Origin: the human T2T-CHM13v2.0 reference genome, Homo sapiens
NCBI RefSeq assembly: GCF_009914755.1
Contig: NC_060929.1
Strand: one strand, 5' to 3'
Length of the DNA stretch: 64,000 nt
This document shows, in pieces, positions 31,548 through 47,357 of the stretch. Position 1 is the stretch's first letter. Each line of letters opens with the position of its first letter. The notes beneath the pieces were generated by a model. The model did not search any database, was not told where the DNA came from, and saw only the letters and a program-made list of their open reading frames with translations. The position numbers and the translations under genes were made by a program.

Positions 31548-32164
31548 TTAAGCGTGCAGCTCTGGAGTCACACAGACTTGGATTCAAGTCTTGGCTGTGA
31601 TACTTACATATGCTCAGGGTGTGCGACCTAGGGTGACCTCTCTGAGCCACAGTGTCCTCATTAGGATCATGGTAACATACATATCTATAGAGTCATGAAG
31701 AGTAAATGACACTACAATACAGTGCTGGGCTCACAGCTCCGGAAATGCTCATAGGCTCCGGAAATGCTCAGTCACCTTCTCTGTTAGTCACCTTGTTCCA
31801 TCAAGCAGCATTTTTTCCTCTTGCATCACCACTACTTACTCTAAACTGGATTTTACCCTGAGTAGGGTAAAATTTTTCCCCTCTTCCTACAAGTACCCCC
31901 AGAAGCTTCCTACAAGCATGCCCCAGACTTTACTAATTGCAGGCCACCTGCCCAATTTCTGCCACCATTGCCTGCCTCCTCCATTGTTATTTAATATTTC
32001 TTCAAATTAACTTTTTAATACTTAAATGCATTTAAAGAAAACTTCACATCACTATTATAAGCAAATAGCGAATAGATCTTTAAATAGAATGTCTATGAAT
32101 CACCTAAAATCCTCATATGTGCTCTCAGACACATCCACGTTATACTTGGGGAAATACTGGTCTG

Positions 32165-32390
32165 GTCCTTTACTCTTTAAAGTGTGGTCTCTGGACCGCA
32201 GCCTCAGCATGCCTGAGAATTGTTAGAAATGCAGTATCTCAGACCCCATCCCATACCTCCTGAATGAGAATCTGCATTTTTAGAAGATCCCCAATGATGG
32301 ACATACTTTTTTGGGGGGAATTTATTACATTTTTTATTGAAGTGACATTCATATGCACACTTTTAAAGTTTGAGAAGCAGTAGTCTAGGG
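32165..32390. mobile_element. MER5A
   Basis: aaagtgtggtc...tgttagaaatgcag...aatctgcatttt...agtttgagaagca. Confidence 0.75.
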
Positions 32391-32415
32391 GATCTTTAAA
32401 ATCCCTTCCAACTCT

Positions 32416-32528
32416 GGTGTGTGCCTATAGCCCAGTGACTTGTAACTCTGGAGCAGAAGGATTGCTTGAACCCAGGAGTTTGAGGCCAGACTGGGCAACA
32501 TAGCAAGACCCTGTCTCTGAAAAAAAAA
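32416..32528 (+). mobile_element. FLAM monomer
   Basis: aggattgcttgaacccaggagtttgaggccag...gaccctgtctct + poly(A). Confidence 0.75.
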
Positions 32529-32707
32529 TTCTTCTAGTTCTAACAACAAAGGTCAACTATTGATATTACTCTCTCTCTTTCTGAAATCCAGATCCATATT
32601 TCCAACTGACATATTCTACTTCAGGCCTAAACCTTGCCTTTCCCCACCTCCTCATCCTTGTAACCTTAGAAGCATCCATCATTAACTCCTTCCTCCCTGT
32701 TCCCTGA

Positions 32708-33526
<819 letters not shown>

Positions 33527-35099
33527 CAGACAGCTCTGTATTCTTAAGGCAGCGTTGATCGTCTCAGTCCACTGCTCAGTTACCTTTAGTAATTCCCTAT
33601 TATCTACCACATAGTAGCCAGGCTCCTTGGTCTGTCACTTAAGGCTCTCCACTAAGTGACTGATTGTGAGCTCTCACCTGCATATACCCTGAGCTGTAGA
33701 TAAGTCAGAGGAGCTATTGCTTTATGTATGCAAAGCTTTCCTGCCCCTGCATCCTTGACTAAGGATTTCTCATTTCTGAAATGCATTTTTCTCCAACCTC
33801 CCTATTTGCTATCTCCATCTCTGAAAACTCTTAACAGCCTGAGAACCCTGCTCACATTTCACCCCCTCCCTGAAGCCTTCTGTGGCTCCCCAACTGCATA
33901 GCTGTCCTTACACGTCATAGCATGATGATGATCTCTGCCCAGAGGCAGTTACATTAGTACAAACCTTAACTCTTCAATTCTGTGTAGCAGGTGCCACTCC
34001 CAGTGCCACAGAGTCAATTTAATTTTCTTATAACTAAGTTTCTTTTCTGAGCTCCCCTTCTGCTTGTGAATATACCATCCCATTCCCCACCCTACTCCCT
34101 TTGCCTCAGGGCAGCATCTATATTCTAGAGGATTAGGGCCAAGGCAAGATGGGATCTCTTGCCTTGTGTCATCTGTCTATTTACTAGAATGCATGTCATC
34201 CTGTCCAGTCCTTAGTCACAGGGACTGGACAGTATGCTTCTTTGTCCCTTGTTTCCCTCTGCAAGACCTCGTTAGGTCCTGCAACTCTGCTCTTCCTGCA
34301 TTGTCATCTCCCTTAGGCCCATGGGACCCTTCTTCTGCCCCACACCATGCTGGGGGCAAGGGAACTCTGCATGGTTGCCTAGCACCCGGATGCCTTAATG
34401 CAGCCCTGCCTCTCTGAGGTCTTGACAGTTCCCCTAGGGATGGGTCACCTCAGCTCTCAGAGCTTCCAAACCTGTCTGGAATTTTTTGCTGTTTCCCCCT
34501 CCCTTGGAGTTCATCCTGTTTGGAGGTTGGTTGGGAGACTTTAATCTCCTGTGGGGTCAGGAAGCCTTGTTCTTACATTATCATGTATTTTCCCCCAAAG
34601 TGTTAATTACCAGAGTCCATTCCATTCCCAACAGGGTGTAGTCTTTGAAGCTCAAAAGAAATTTTCTTCCTGCTTGTCATCCATTCCTTCCCTAAGGCAA
34701 GAAACACAAAATAGTCCTGCTGACTGAATAGGGCAAGGGCCATGGAAACCCGGAGAAAAATTCAGCATTAACGTTATAAAATATTCTCCTGCTCCATGAT
34801 TTGTAAACCGCTTGAGGACAGGGAACTTGATTTCATTCATCTTAATATTTCCCTAGGGCAACTGACATAGTTCCTTGCACAGAAAAGGCATTAAATACAC
34901 ATTTTTCAGGCATAAGAATAAATGATGGAGTGTGTTTTAAATTCTGTATTATTAGCATCTAATTTATGATTTTTCATCTCACCGATATTAACAGCTGTCC
35001 ATCTTTCTATAATGTGATGTTAAAATATGAATAGAAAAAAGTTAACCTAGTGATTGGACTGACTGGATAAAATCACATAAATGGGAATAAAGATATGTA

Positions 35100-35520
35100 A
35101 CACATTCCTTTATTTACACAGCCTATATGTTAAGGACTTTCTCTTGCAGGAGGCATTGAGAGATAGCTGTGGATGAAAGATTCAAGGCCCCTGGCAGGGT
35201 TGTAGGGAGACAGATAATTAACACATGTTCAAATAAATAGGATATTTTTAGATATAGACAAGTGCTATGAAGAAATTCTTACAAGAAATGTAAAACTGCA
35301 CAGAAGGAAAGGTACACAGGGCTCTGATACAGTAAAACAGAGATACCTGGGAGGAATTCTTGTGCTGAAATCTAAAAGAGGAGTAGGAATAACCAGGCGG
35401 AGGAGACAGTGAAGACGAGGGTGAGGAGGGGCAGAGCATTTCAGGCAGAGAGAATAGCCCTGTGGCAGGAAGAAGCACCTCCCGGCCCTCATGGAGCTCA
35501 CAGCCAGTTGGTAGAGGGAA
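35100..35520 (-). mobile_element. L2 fragment
   Basis: agagcatttcaggcagagagaatagc, aagtgctatgaaga. Confidence 0.6.
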
Positions 35521-35873
35521 CGTTCTCTGTGGCAGCACTACCATGGCACACTAATTGGTTTGTTTAATTTCTGCCCGTTATTTCTTTAGGAGCTTGTATC
35601 TTGCTAAATATAATTTGTGCCTTTTTTAAAAAAATGACAGCGTGTTCTTGGTGTATGCTGTTTTATGGAATAATGCACTCCTAGTGAGAATATCACTGGT
35701 CGGTGAAATAATTCATGAGAGTGAGATGGACAGGGCTAACACAGGTATAGTGTGTTGATTGCATTAGTCTGTTGATTGACTTAGACTTATAACCTCTGAC
35801 ATGGTCTTGGGAAAACTCAGTGTTTGCAAATGCCAGAGTGAGGCTGCATGGGGGACATGGGTAAGATTTGAGC

Positions 35874-36270
35874 TGTATATTAGTTAATGTAACCCTAGCT
35901 GCTACTAACGTATTTTGGTGGCTTAATACATACATGTTTATTTCTCACTGGATGTTCTAATCAGCAGGTGGTTCTCCTCTAAGCGGTGGTTCAAGCTCAC
36001 AGCTTCCTTCCATCTTATGGCTCCACCATTGTCAGCGTGTCTCTTCCAAGACCATGCAGAAGGGTAAAGGGCATGGTAGATTATGCATGAGAGGTTTTAG
36101 TGGGCCAGGCCTGGAAGTGACACTCATCACTTCTGCCCATATATCTCTGGCCCGAACTCAGTCACATGGCTGCAGCTTACTGCAAGGAAGATGGGAAATA
36201 CAGTCTAGTGATGGGCCCAAGAAAAAGTAGAGACTGCTTTAATGAAGCATGAACATCCCTTCTGCAGTTT
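35874..36270 (-). mobile_element. MLT1J/K-like MaLR LTR
   Basis: ccaggcctggaagtgacactcatcacttctgccca...actcagtcacatggc. Confidence 0.65.
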
Positions 36271-36382
36271 AATCCTGACACCCCTTCTACTTGGGTTCAT
36301 TTTCTTCTATGGCCTCTGTCTATTTCCTTAAAAAATAAAAAAAGCCACATTTGGAAAGTAAGTATGTTCATATATGGCATAA

Positions 36383-36738
<356 letters not shown>

Positions 36739-36759
36739 AAGAGTCAGGAATTTTTATTA

Positions 36760-37048
36760 ATTTTTTTTTCTGAGATGGAGTCTCACTCTGTCACCCAGGC
36801 TGGAGTGCAGTGGTGCGCTCTTGGCTCACTGCACCCTCTGCCTCTCAGGTTCAGGGATTCTCCTGCCTCAGCCTCCCGAGTAGCTGGGATTACAGGCACA
36901 TGCTCGTACGCCTGGCTAATTTTTGTATTTTTAGTAGAGATGTGGTTTTGCCATGTTGGCCACACTGGTGTGGGACTCCTGACCTCAAGTGATCCGCCTG
37001 CTTCAGCCTCCCAAAGTGCTGGGATTATAGGCGTGAGTCATGGTGCCA
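36760..37048 (-). mobile_element. AluS
   Basis: Antisense Alu. Confidence 0.93.
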
Positions 37049-40000
37049 GTGAATTTCTATTAATTTTGATTATTATTTTATAAGTTTGAATATAACCAAC
37101 TCACCTTTCATATATTTATAAGTCTAAAAAAGTCAATGGACAATGTATAATTTGGAAATCACTTATTTCCATTTGGAGGGGGATCTCAGGGGGATATAGT
37201 TAGCTTTGGAGAACATAAGATCATTTGGTTTTAGAGGTCACCTTATCCTGATCGCATGAAAGGAAAGGATGGAATTCAAGCTTTTTATGACCTAAACCCT
37301 CAATGTCTGTCTCTATCCTTAGTAAGAAATGGGGAAGGGGAACAATAACGGGAGCATTATTGAGAGCTGTTAATTTACTGCTTGATTATACAGGGCTATG
37401 AAATATGAAAGACACTGGGGACTGTGAGCATGGTTCCCCTAAATGCCCCGTTGCCCACAGGGAACCAGCCCAGGGACTGGGTTGGCTTCAGAAGACTGGA
37501 CAGGTGGCTTGGTAATTAAAACCTTTCCCTTCTAACTGCAGGCCTTGTTTTGCCAGGAATCTGAGGTGAAGAAAATGTTCTGGTTATATGCCTCTACCAG
37601 CTGCTTTGAAAGCTTCCTCACAGCTGTCTTCAAACCACAGCAGACAGCCACATCTCTACTTTCAAAATCTTGGGGGCTTAGTGTTATTTGAGATGGGATA
37701 AGCAGACATGGAGGTGAGGGAAGATTTATTCCTGAACTCAAATGTTCTGAGCCCTTTTGAAGAATCAAACAGCACAGAAGAAAGTCTGGCATGCACATGT
37801 TTCCTCCTTGTATCAGCTCTATGCGATGGAGGCTATTAGTCTTTGTTTCATGGATGAGACCACTGAGGCACAGAGGATTTAAGTAACTTGATCAAGATCA
37901 TGCAGTTGAGTGTCAGAGTCAGGACTCAAATCCAGTCCGCCTTGACCCCAAGTTCAGGCTTTGGTAATCTCCACTCTTAAGAATGTTCAAAATTTAACTC
38001 TCAGTTTTTCTCCAAATACGGGCTCTACCCTCAGTTTTCCTCCATCTCAGTTTGTAGCCATTCAGCCTTCCAATTGCTCAGGCCAAAAACCCTGGCATCA
38101 TCTTTGAGGTGTTTCTTTCTCTCATGCCCAAAGTAGAATTTATCAGGAAACCCAACTAATTGTATCGTCAAAATATATCAGGAATTTGACCACATCTCAC
38201 CATTTCCAATGCTATCACCTTTGCCAATGCTCCTGTCTCTTGCATGGGTTTCTGTAATAGTCTTGACACTGATCTCTGCTTCTTGCCTTACAATCCTCCA
38301 GTCTCTTCTCGTCACACCAGAGAGATCCAGGTTAGTAAGCAGCTCTACTCTGCAAGATCGTTGTGGGACTGAAACTCCTTCCATCCTATTGTTCACCTTT
38401 CTTAGGTTTCTGTGCCCACCAGTATGGTCAGAGCTGGTACAGCTCCAAGTCTGCATTCAGCCCACAAAAATGGGAGCAAGAGAGGAAATCCTGGGAAGCA
38501 ATTTCCTTTTAAGCAAGTGATGTAAAATTTGCATGCATCATTTCTACTCACATTTTACTGGCAAGTGTGTGGTCACATGGCCAACCTAGCTGCAAGGGAG
38601 TCTGTGGATGGAATGCTGTATTCTCAAACCCCCACAAAGAGGAGCACTGTGCCACAGAGTCCCAGAGGGCCAAGGGGGTAGACCAGTTGTAGAGCTGCTC
38701 AGGAGCCAGGGTGAGTGTTGATGATAGCTGAACCTAAAGAGGAGGCAGTGGAAGTGGGGAGAGCCAGGCAGGTTTGGGATGTATTTTGGAGGTAGAGTTG
38801 ACCCAATATAAAATGGGGTGGGCATAGAGACTGAGGAGAAGCAGGAATTAAGGATGATTCCCAGCTATTTCTGCCTTGAGAGAGAGGGTGGTATCATTTT
38901 CTGAGGGAGCAGTCATACCTGTCTCTGGAGCAGCCACCGTGGACTAGTGCATGAGCCACCTCTTAGGGGGTCCATCTTGTGTCACAGTGGAGGCAACCAT
39001 GGAGGTTGGAATGGCCCAGAGGTAGAGTCTGAGGGGTAGTCTGCCTGATCCATCAAATGTATTTTGTCTTAAAATGCTTCAAAGGAAGAGGGGGGCAGGT
39101 CAGCCTCTTCTTGGTGCATTGATAGACGAATGTGCTGGGCAGTGTGGAGGTTGAATAAAAAAGACCAGGCACCCTAGAAACCATACTGCATGTGGTTGAA
39201 GCCCCTGTTGGGTCTGGATAGCTGTTTGGGGGTTGAGAGAAGGGAGGGGCTGGGTAAAGTCCCCTACATTTCAACACCTGGGTCAGAGGGGTCATGTTCC
39301 CAGCACCTTGGTGCCCTTGACCTTGAGGGCTTCCAAGTGTTTTTCGGTCTCTTGTTTGTCTGGGTTGGAGCATGTAATAGGGAACTGTGTTTGCTATTAG
39401 AGTAGTTGAGAGGCTGAGGGTCTGGAAGGATGAATAATAACTCACACAGCAGGGCAGTTACAAGAGGAAGTAAGGAAAAGGGGGTTGTGGTAGGCTCAGA
39501 GGTTGGACACACCTCACTTTGAGCCTGGAATGAGCCCAGCTACTGCTGTCCCCTATGAGAACGTGCCTGGAACACTGTCAGGTTCTAAAAATGTTAGCTA
39601 GTTTAAAAATGCTGCTTAATAGTAGTTTCCAGGTCTCTCAGGATTTTGCCATGTAACTTTTTTTTTAACCTCTCTATTTTACAATGGAGAACTTAATTAA
39701 GGTTAGGGAATTAGTACAAAGCACCATGGTAAGTAAGGAGAACCAGGATTTGAACACTTGCTCATAAATACTCTGATGTTCAATTCATATCCTGGGTCTT
39801 CTAGTGTCTAGAGGGTTAAGTGTTGACAGGACCTGGGTAGCTCATAGTGTCCTTTAGGGAAAGAGCTCCAAGGCATGGGATTGCAGCATGGGTTTGATTT
39901 CAACTCCACCTTCACTGGCTTCTGGGACCCAGAGCCTCCAGTCACTTGTGTAGCCTCCTGGAGTCTGTTTCTTCTTCCTTAAAAGGGGAAGTAACCATTT

Positions 40001-40951
40001 TCCTGCTACCTTTGGGTATTGTTGGAAGAATTCCATGAAATGGCACCCACAAAGGCACTTGGATGTTGGTCAGCCACAGATCTCATAGAAGTGACCAAAA
40101 TATGGACATGGGGACCCAAATGCCTGGGCTTAGGCTAAACCTGTGGATGCTGTTTGTGAGTAGGGAAATGTGGTTAGCTGTTGGAAAACCCAAGTTGTGT
40201 TCATGGTAAACGGGGGAAAAAAAAAAAAAAGAACTTTAGATAAGTGCCAAGATGAAAAGTGAGGAAAAGTCTTAATTTCCCTCTGAAGATTGATGTGTTA
40301 TTGAGGGGTGACCAGAACTCCTAGATCAGTGGATTTGTCTATATAGCCATGATCTCTCCTGATTGTCCTCATACCTGGGACATGTAGGAATCATCATTTT
40401 CCTCATACCATAGATGAGGCAAAGGCAGAGCTGGACCTGCAAATGCTGTGGCATCCTCAGTCTAAGGCCTCCCTCGCAGGCTTCCTGGCTAAGGAACCTC
40501 TGTCTCACCAGTTCCTCCAGCACGGATCAGGCTTAGGGGACTCACCTACTGGCAGCAAGACCCTGAGCCGTGAACAGAATGCTAAATTATCAGTGGAAGG
40601 ATGGAGAAACCATGATAATTGTTCTGGGAGTCTCAATTTCAAAATCCAGTAACTGAATCAGTCTTAGCAAGCCTGAAATCAAAGCAAGAAGCTAGGGAGT
40701 CTTTGTGGGATATTTTATCTAACCTGTCTGGATGAAGACCATTTGAGCTTCCACTTTGTCATTTATCTTCCAACAGACCAAAACTCTCCAGCCCATCAGA
40801 TATAGGGCCTCCTGGGTAAGCTCTGACACGTTCTTCTTACCCAGTTCTCCCTTTTTGGCATCTGCCTTTGAGTCACCAAAAACTTCTATCTTTGCAACTC
40901 CTCCTCCTCACATGGTATGACAGTTTCTGAGGCCAGACCTTCCGTGCCATT

Positions 40952-41010
40952 AGCTGAATTGAAATCAATGTCTTCCTTTTGAGCTGAATTGAAATCAATG
41001 TCTTCCTTTC
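40952..41010. repeat. 30-bp period tandem duplication
   Basis: agctgaattgaaatcaatgtcttccttt twice. Confidence 0.95.
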
Positions 41011-41319
41011 GAGTTTTTTTGAGTCTAGGAGCCTTTAGGATGTACCCTTGTCACATGAGCCATGCACTTAGGCATCAATGCTTATGTGGTAAGTTTCTGG
41101 AGGAAAATGTTCATTCAGCTAACTACATTTCTTTTACGCTGGTCCCTTTTAGCTTCCACACCAGCATAAGGCATCTTCTAATCTCCAAATTCTAGGTTAT
41201 GTCCTCTTTGGGAATGCCCTCTCCTCCGCACTGAATATATTTATTTCAATCCGGTGAATATTTGTTGAGGGCCTCTCATGTATATGACACTGTGGTGGCC
41301 ACTGTAGGCTTAGCAAGAT

Positions 41320-41550
41320 TAGAATAATGTTTTGGTTAAAGGGTACAGGCTTTGGAATCCGACCTGGGTTTGCGTTCTAGCTCCATCACTTATTGGCTGA
41401 ATCAAGTTACTGACTTCAGTTTCACCCTCTGTAAAATTGGGATAATAGTACTTACCTCAATAGATTTTTTTGTGAGGATTAAATAACGAAATGTATATGA
41501 AGTGCTTAGCTCAGCGGTTGTACATAAGTGCTTAGTGAAAATAAGCCAAA
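41320..41550 (+). mobile_element. MIR
   Basis: ggctttggaatccgacctgggtttg...ctgtaaaattgggataata...gtgaggattaaat. Confidence 0.8.
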
Positions 41551-42075
41551 CTTAAAAATACAGACAATGCTCTGCACATCCCCAAACACATGTGTATGGA
41601 GTTCCCTCCACAGGCCAGACTTGTTCTAGGTGCTGCAGATCCACAGTGGTGAAATCAGAGTATGTTTGTGTCCTCATCAAGCTCAAAGTCTAGTGGGGGG
41701 GTGTAAATAGTAAGCAAGTAGACTCACAAGTATAATGTCAAACAGTGAAAAGTGCTTTGAAGAAAAATAATGTGGAGTAAGAGGACAGAATGACAGGGGT
41801 AGGTGGAGTGGGGGTCTTGCTTCTCATGCTTGCCCCTTAACCTAGAGCCTTTGTATCTGCCGTGTCCTCTTCCTGGAGGTTTCCCACTTCCCCATACCCT
41901 CAGGGATTGCTTTCACTTCTTTCAGGTGTCTGCTTCTATATCACCACCTCCAATGGGCACACCTAATCTAAACAATTACACACAAACTCAAAATATGTAA
42001 AGAGATGCCATTCCTGCCTTTGAAGTTTATAGTTCAGCAAAATTGATAAATGACTCCATGCTCAGATTAAGGTAA

Positions 42076-42406
<331 letters not shown>

Positions 42407-43670
42407 TGAGAAGTACAAATAAAATTCAGTGAAGGGAATCGGGAAATGTGATATTTTAAAAATGGTACTTAAGATGTTGCTTGGTATAAAAAGACCAGGG
42501 ACTTTGGAATCAGAGCAACTGGGTTCAAATCCCATCTCTGCCCTTCACTACCCTGGGGATCGTAGGAGTCACTCAGTAACACAAAGATAAGAAAGCTACC
42601 CCCAGGGGCTGCTGTGTTATGTGAGAAACACTTTAAGCCCCCAGTGCCTGTGGTAGTACCAGAGGTCGGCTCTCAATGGCACCCCTTTCCATAAATCCGT
42701 ATTGTTAATTGTAGCGTTTGGTTTTGGTTTTCATCAACATTCTACTCTCACAATGTGGTATTGTCTTGGGATGGTCTATCTGGGCATCTGGCTCTGCCAG
42801 GAGAAGATGAGTTTCTTGAGGACATGGACTGCCGTGTCCCCAGCGTGGGTGGCCATGCCTGTCGTGCAGGGGACTGTTGATCAATGATAATGGGTGCATG
42901 CATCTAGCAGAGACACAACTGTTCTGTACGGGCAGGAACCCCAAGGGATGGTCTGTTCTGTTCTCCGTCTCTGCACCTCAATACCCCAAAATTGTTTCTG
43001 ACAGATGGATGTTTAGCATGTTCTTGAAGGAAGAAGCGTCTGTGCCCCCTCTAGGGAAATGCACGCTGGGTTTAACCGCATAATTCAAAACAGGTGAAAT
43101 GATGCCGGCATACCCACCTCTTCTAGCCTGGATTCTGTTTTAATGCCCTAGCTTTTACAGGAATAAAAGAGTATTGATTTTTCCACTGCAAGGGCTGTAG
43201 CCAGATTTGTTATTATTTTTAAATCAGAGATACTTTTTAAAACATGGAAATTTTTATGTTAGCTAAATCCTAGTTATCCCAGGAATGCCTAATGTCAAAT
43301 AGTAGCCTTTCCTGGCATATTTCTCCTCCTGCATTTTTTAAAAAGAGCTTTCTGTTTGTTTGTTTCTTTTTGCCTCATAGCAGCTCTGCCATTAAATACA
43401 TAAGACACAAAAGAGAGACAATCTAAATAATTATCCTTAGGAAATTTTATTAAGATACGGGTGGGAAGAGGGGGCACAGAGGCCACTGCCTCCTTGCGAG
43501 CTCAGATGCTCACCGATGTTGCTGTGTATCACCCCTCGCTTCTGCTCGCCCTGTATCAAAACATAGTTTAGGGAAAAGGTCACTGTGAATTTAGAGATGA
43601 CATCTGGAATTGTATGTCAAGAAGCTTGAGTGTGTTGTGAGTGCTCTTCTGGTGGGCAGTTCCCTACTCC

Positions 43671-44237
43671 TCAGGGTTCCTCCCCTGGATCACAGAATGT
43701 GGACCACCAAGACACCCATGCTCTGGGGTCTCTGGCAGCCCTGTAATGCTGCAGCCACAAACCATGAGGGGCTTCTCTTCTTTTATCTTCTTTGTCATAA
43801 TCAAAACCTTGACCTGTGACAGTGAGCTGCCAGGGGACTCCATTGCCTTGGAGTCTCCCTGGCTCCCCAGGATAGAAAGCTTCATCAGAAAAGAAATGCC
43901 CACTGAAAGTTGCTATGGCAGATGTCCCCCGTAAAAGAAACCTGAAGACCTTGAATAAAGGTGGCACCCAAGTGCCTACTCTGTTTAAAGAATGTGTGCA
44001 GCATCCAGCAAACAGGAATGCATGCTCATTTTCTTTATGTGGATTGGTGTTAACGGTTGGGTGACATGCTGGGGCTTTGATGACACCACTTGCATCTGTG
44101 AGTTGATGGGGCATCTGCAAGAGTGGAGTTAAGTTTAGTCCATCTTGGTTATGGTGGATGCTTCTGGAGTGAGTTAAGCACAGGAAAAGGGGCGGAACAC
44201 TCACCCAAACCAGGATGTGTACCAGAGAGGGCTCCAT
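43671..44237 (-). other. 188-codon ORF in non-repeat sequence; coding status unsupported
   Basis: ATG in acaATGg context, TGA at 43671-43673, AATAAA at 43446-43451 (minus strand); no recognisable domain. Confidence 0.25.
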
Positions 44238-44539
44238 TGTCTACAGCTCTCAAGGCTGTGTGTGATGCTGTGACTGCCTCCCCTCCCAGAGCTTCCTGCC
44301 TCCCAGGAAGAATGATCATTCCACTGTGCCTGCACATTCCTTCCCCTCTGCTGATAGGAACTTAGCCTCCAAGGGTTTGAAAACCAGCCTCCAGGGCTTG
44401 CTCTGCTCTTTACCCATTGCTGCTTATAAGTCAGGACCTGTGAGTGATAAACCTCTCCACCCCAGCCTTCACACCAAATGGAAAAAGATGGGCACCTTGG
44501 AGTATTCCTTTGAAAGATTACTGATTTCTCCACCCCACC

Positions 44540-46000
44540 ACCACCTCCATCATGAAAGGTCCATCGATAGCCATCAGATTTCTGAACACACTCAGGTTTA
44601 GTGTCCCCTGCTATGCACCAGCCTTGGAGGCCTGGACACCCCTCCTGTTATTGGTGGATCCAGCCAGTGGTGCCTGACTCTTTTGCTCCTCACCTCCACC
44701 ACCTCCTCTTGGACTTGGTTCTGTTGTTCATCCCTGTGTGGTACATGTCTATGGCCTTTCTTTCACCAGTGGCTTATTTCTCCCATTAAGATGTCCAAGT
44801 CTCACTGATCCTTAAAAGGGACCATCCCATGGCCCCATATCCTCTCTAGCCTCCACCCCAACTTTCTTTTCTCTTTCTCACCCAAGTAGTCTATGTGAAC
44901 TCTGTCCACTTAACTCTCATCCTCTACCCAACTCATCGCTCTCTGGCTTCTTCCCTCACCATGCGAGGGAGCAACGCTCCCTGTGGCACCCACAGCTCAT
45001 CTCCCCAGTGCTGTGTCTCCTTTGGCTCCTCCTGTCTTTGGACCTCCCTGCTGCACCTGGCCCAGGTGGGCACTGCCTCCAGCTTCAAACTCTCCTCTCT
45101 TAGCTTTTGAGACTTCAAGCTTTCTTGCTTCTGCCCCAATTTATTTGACCATTTCTTTCTCTTCTATATGAATTTCTCTTCTATTTCTAAAAACTTGATG
45201 GCCCCAGGGATACTTCCCTGACTGCTTCTCATTCTACTTCATCTCTGGGCAATGGCACCCACAGTCAGGGCTTCTGCTGCCACCTAAATGCCGGTGACTC
45301 CAAGATGTATATCTGCAGCTCAGACCTCTTCCCCATCAGAGGTGTCAGATGGAAATGTCCTCAGGGGCCAAGCAGGTAAAGAAAATGAATGAAACTGACT
45401 GTGAGTGTGGCAGACCAGAGAGCTGCTGGTTTTAGCCAAAGTGGGTGGCTGCTGCTGGGCTCCAGCCAACTCTTGATGCATAGGAATTCAGAGCCAGTGT
45501 CACCAGATTTTCCAATTTTCCCACAGAAGCTAGAAATACATAATCCTATTTGGAATCTCTCAAAGAGTAAATGTTGGTTCAATTTTTTTTTTAACATCTT
45601 TCTGAACCAAAGCCCATCCGAGAACTAGATCTGACTATGGACCACCACCCTGGGATCATGGTTTGCACTCCACTGACTGTTCAATGTCTTATTCCAGTGC
45701 CCATGGGCACTTCAAATTGAGCCTGCCCCAGACCATCTCTTCCCCAAACCCACCTCTCCTCCCCACCGTGTACCTTATCTCAGTTAGCAAACTTCCTTCT
45801 AACCTGCTCACCCAAGCTGGAAATATGGATGAGGGTGTCCTTTCCTTCCTCCTTTCCCTCCTCCTCCCACATTCACTAAACTCTACCAACATAACTTGCT
45901 AAATAAATCTTACCTATTCTTACTTCCCCATCCCTTACCACCATTATTGTAGCTTGGGCTGCTAGCATCTGTTGCCTGGCCCAGTAGCCTTTCAAGAGTT
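44540..46000 (+). mobile_element. L2 fragments interrupted by a MER102-like element (~45339-45660)
   Basis: L2 motifs gactccaagatgtatatctgcagctcagacctc; MER102 motifs ctccagccaa, cagaagctagaaat. Confidence 0.6.
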
Positions 46001-46059
46001 TTGACTGATGATTCATAGCAGTTGACTCTCACCATGTGTAAATTATGCTAAGCCAGACA

Positions 46060-46805
<746 letters not shown>

Positions 46806-47357
46806 AAGGAAGCCAAAGGCATCTTGGCTGGTACCCCTGTCTCCTGCCTCCAGGCCTGTGCTCCATCACTCCACGTGACATCTGACTGCCAGGGTGGTCC
46901 CTCAGGATGCTAATCTGATGGCATTGCCTCCTGCTCATGGCTCCTGTTGCCCATAGGATAAAGCCCCAGGACCTTGGCAGAATATACAAAGACCTCCATG
47001 ACCAGGCCCCCTGCCTCCACAGCCAAACCAGTTCTCACTCCTTAATGCAAACCTTATGCTCACTGTAGTCTGCCCTGCTTGCAGTTCCCTACATACATCA
47101 ATGACACTGTTTAACTCTTTCATTCATTTGACAAATCCACACAAGTGCAGACTCTGTGCCAGGAGCAGTTCCATGTGTGGGGATACAGAAGGGAACAATC
47201 CGGATGAAGTCCCTGCCTTCACTGATGTACCGGCTACTGCTCCAAGTCCTCTGCTGTCACCATACCCTCTCCCTAGAGTGCCTTCCCCTCTGTCTTGATC
47301 TGACAAATGCCTTCTTTTTTCAGTGCAGTGTTTAGCCCTTGAAATAGCTTTACATAT

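Noticed and set aside
43950-44210. Repeated peptide WV(SV)PPLF in the 188-aa ORF
   Set aside because: The underlying DNA shares too little similarity to support a duplication; probably coincidence.
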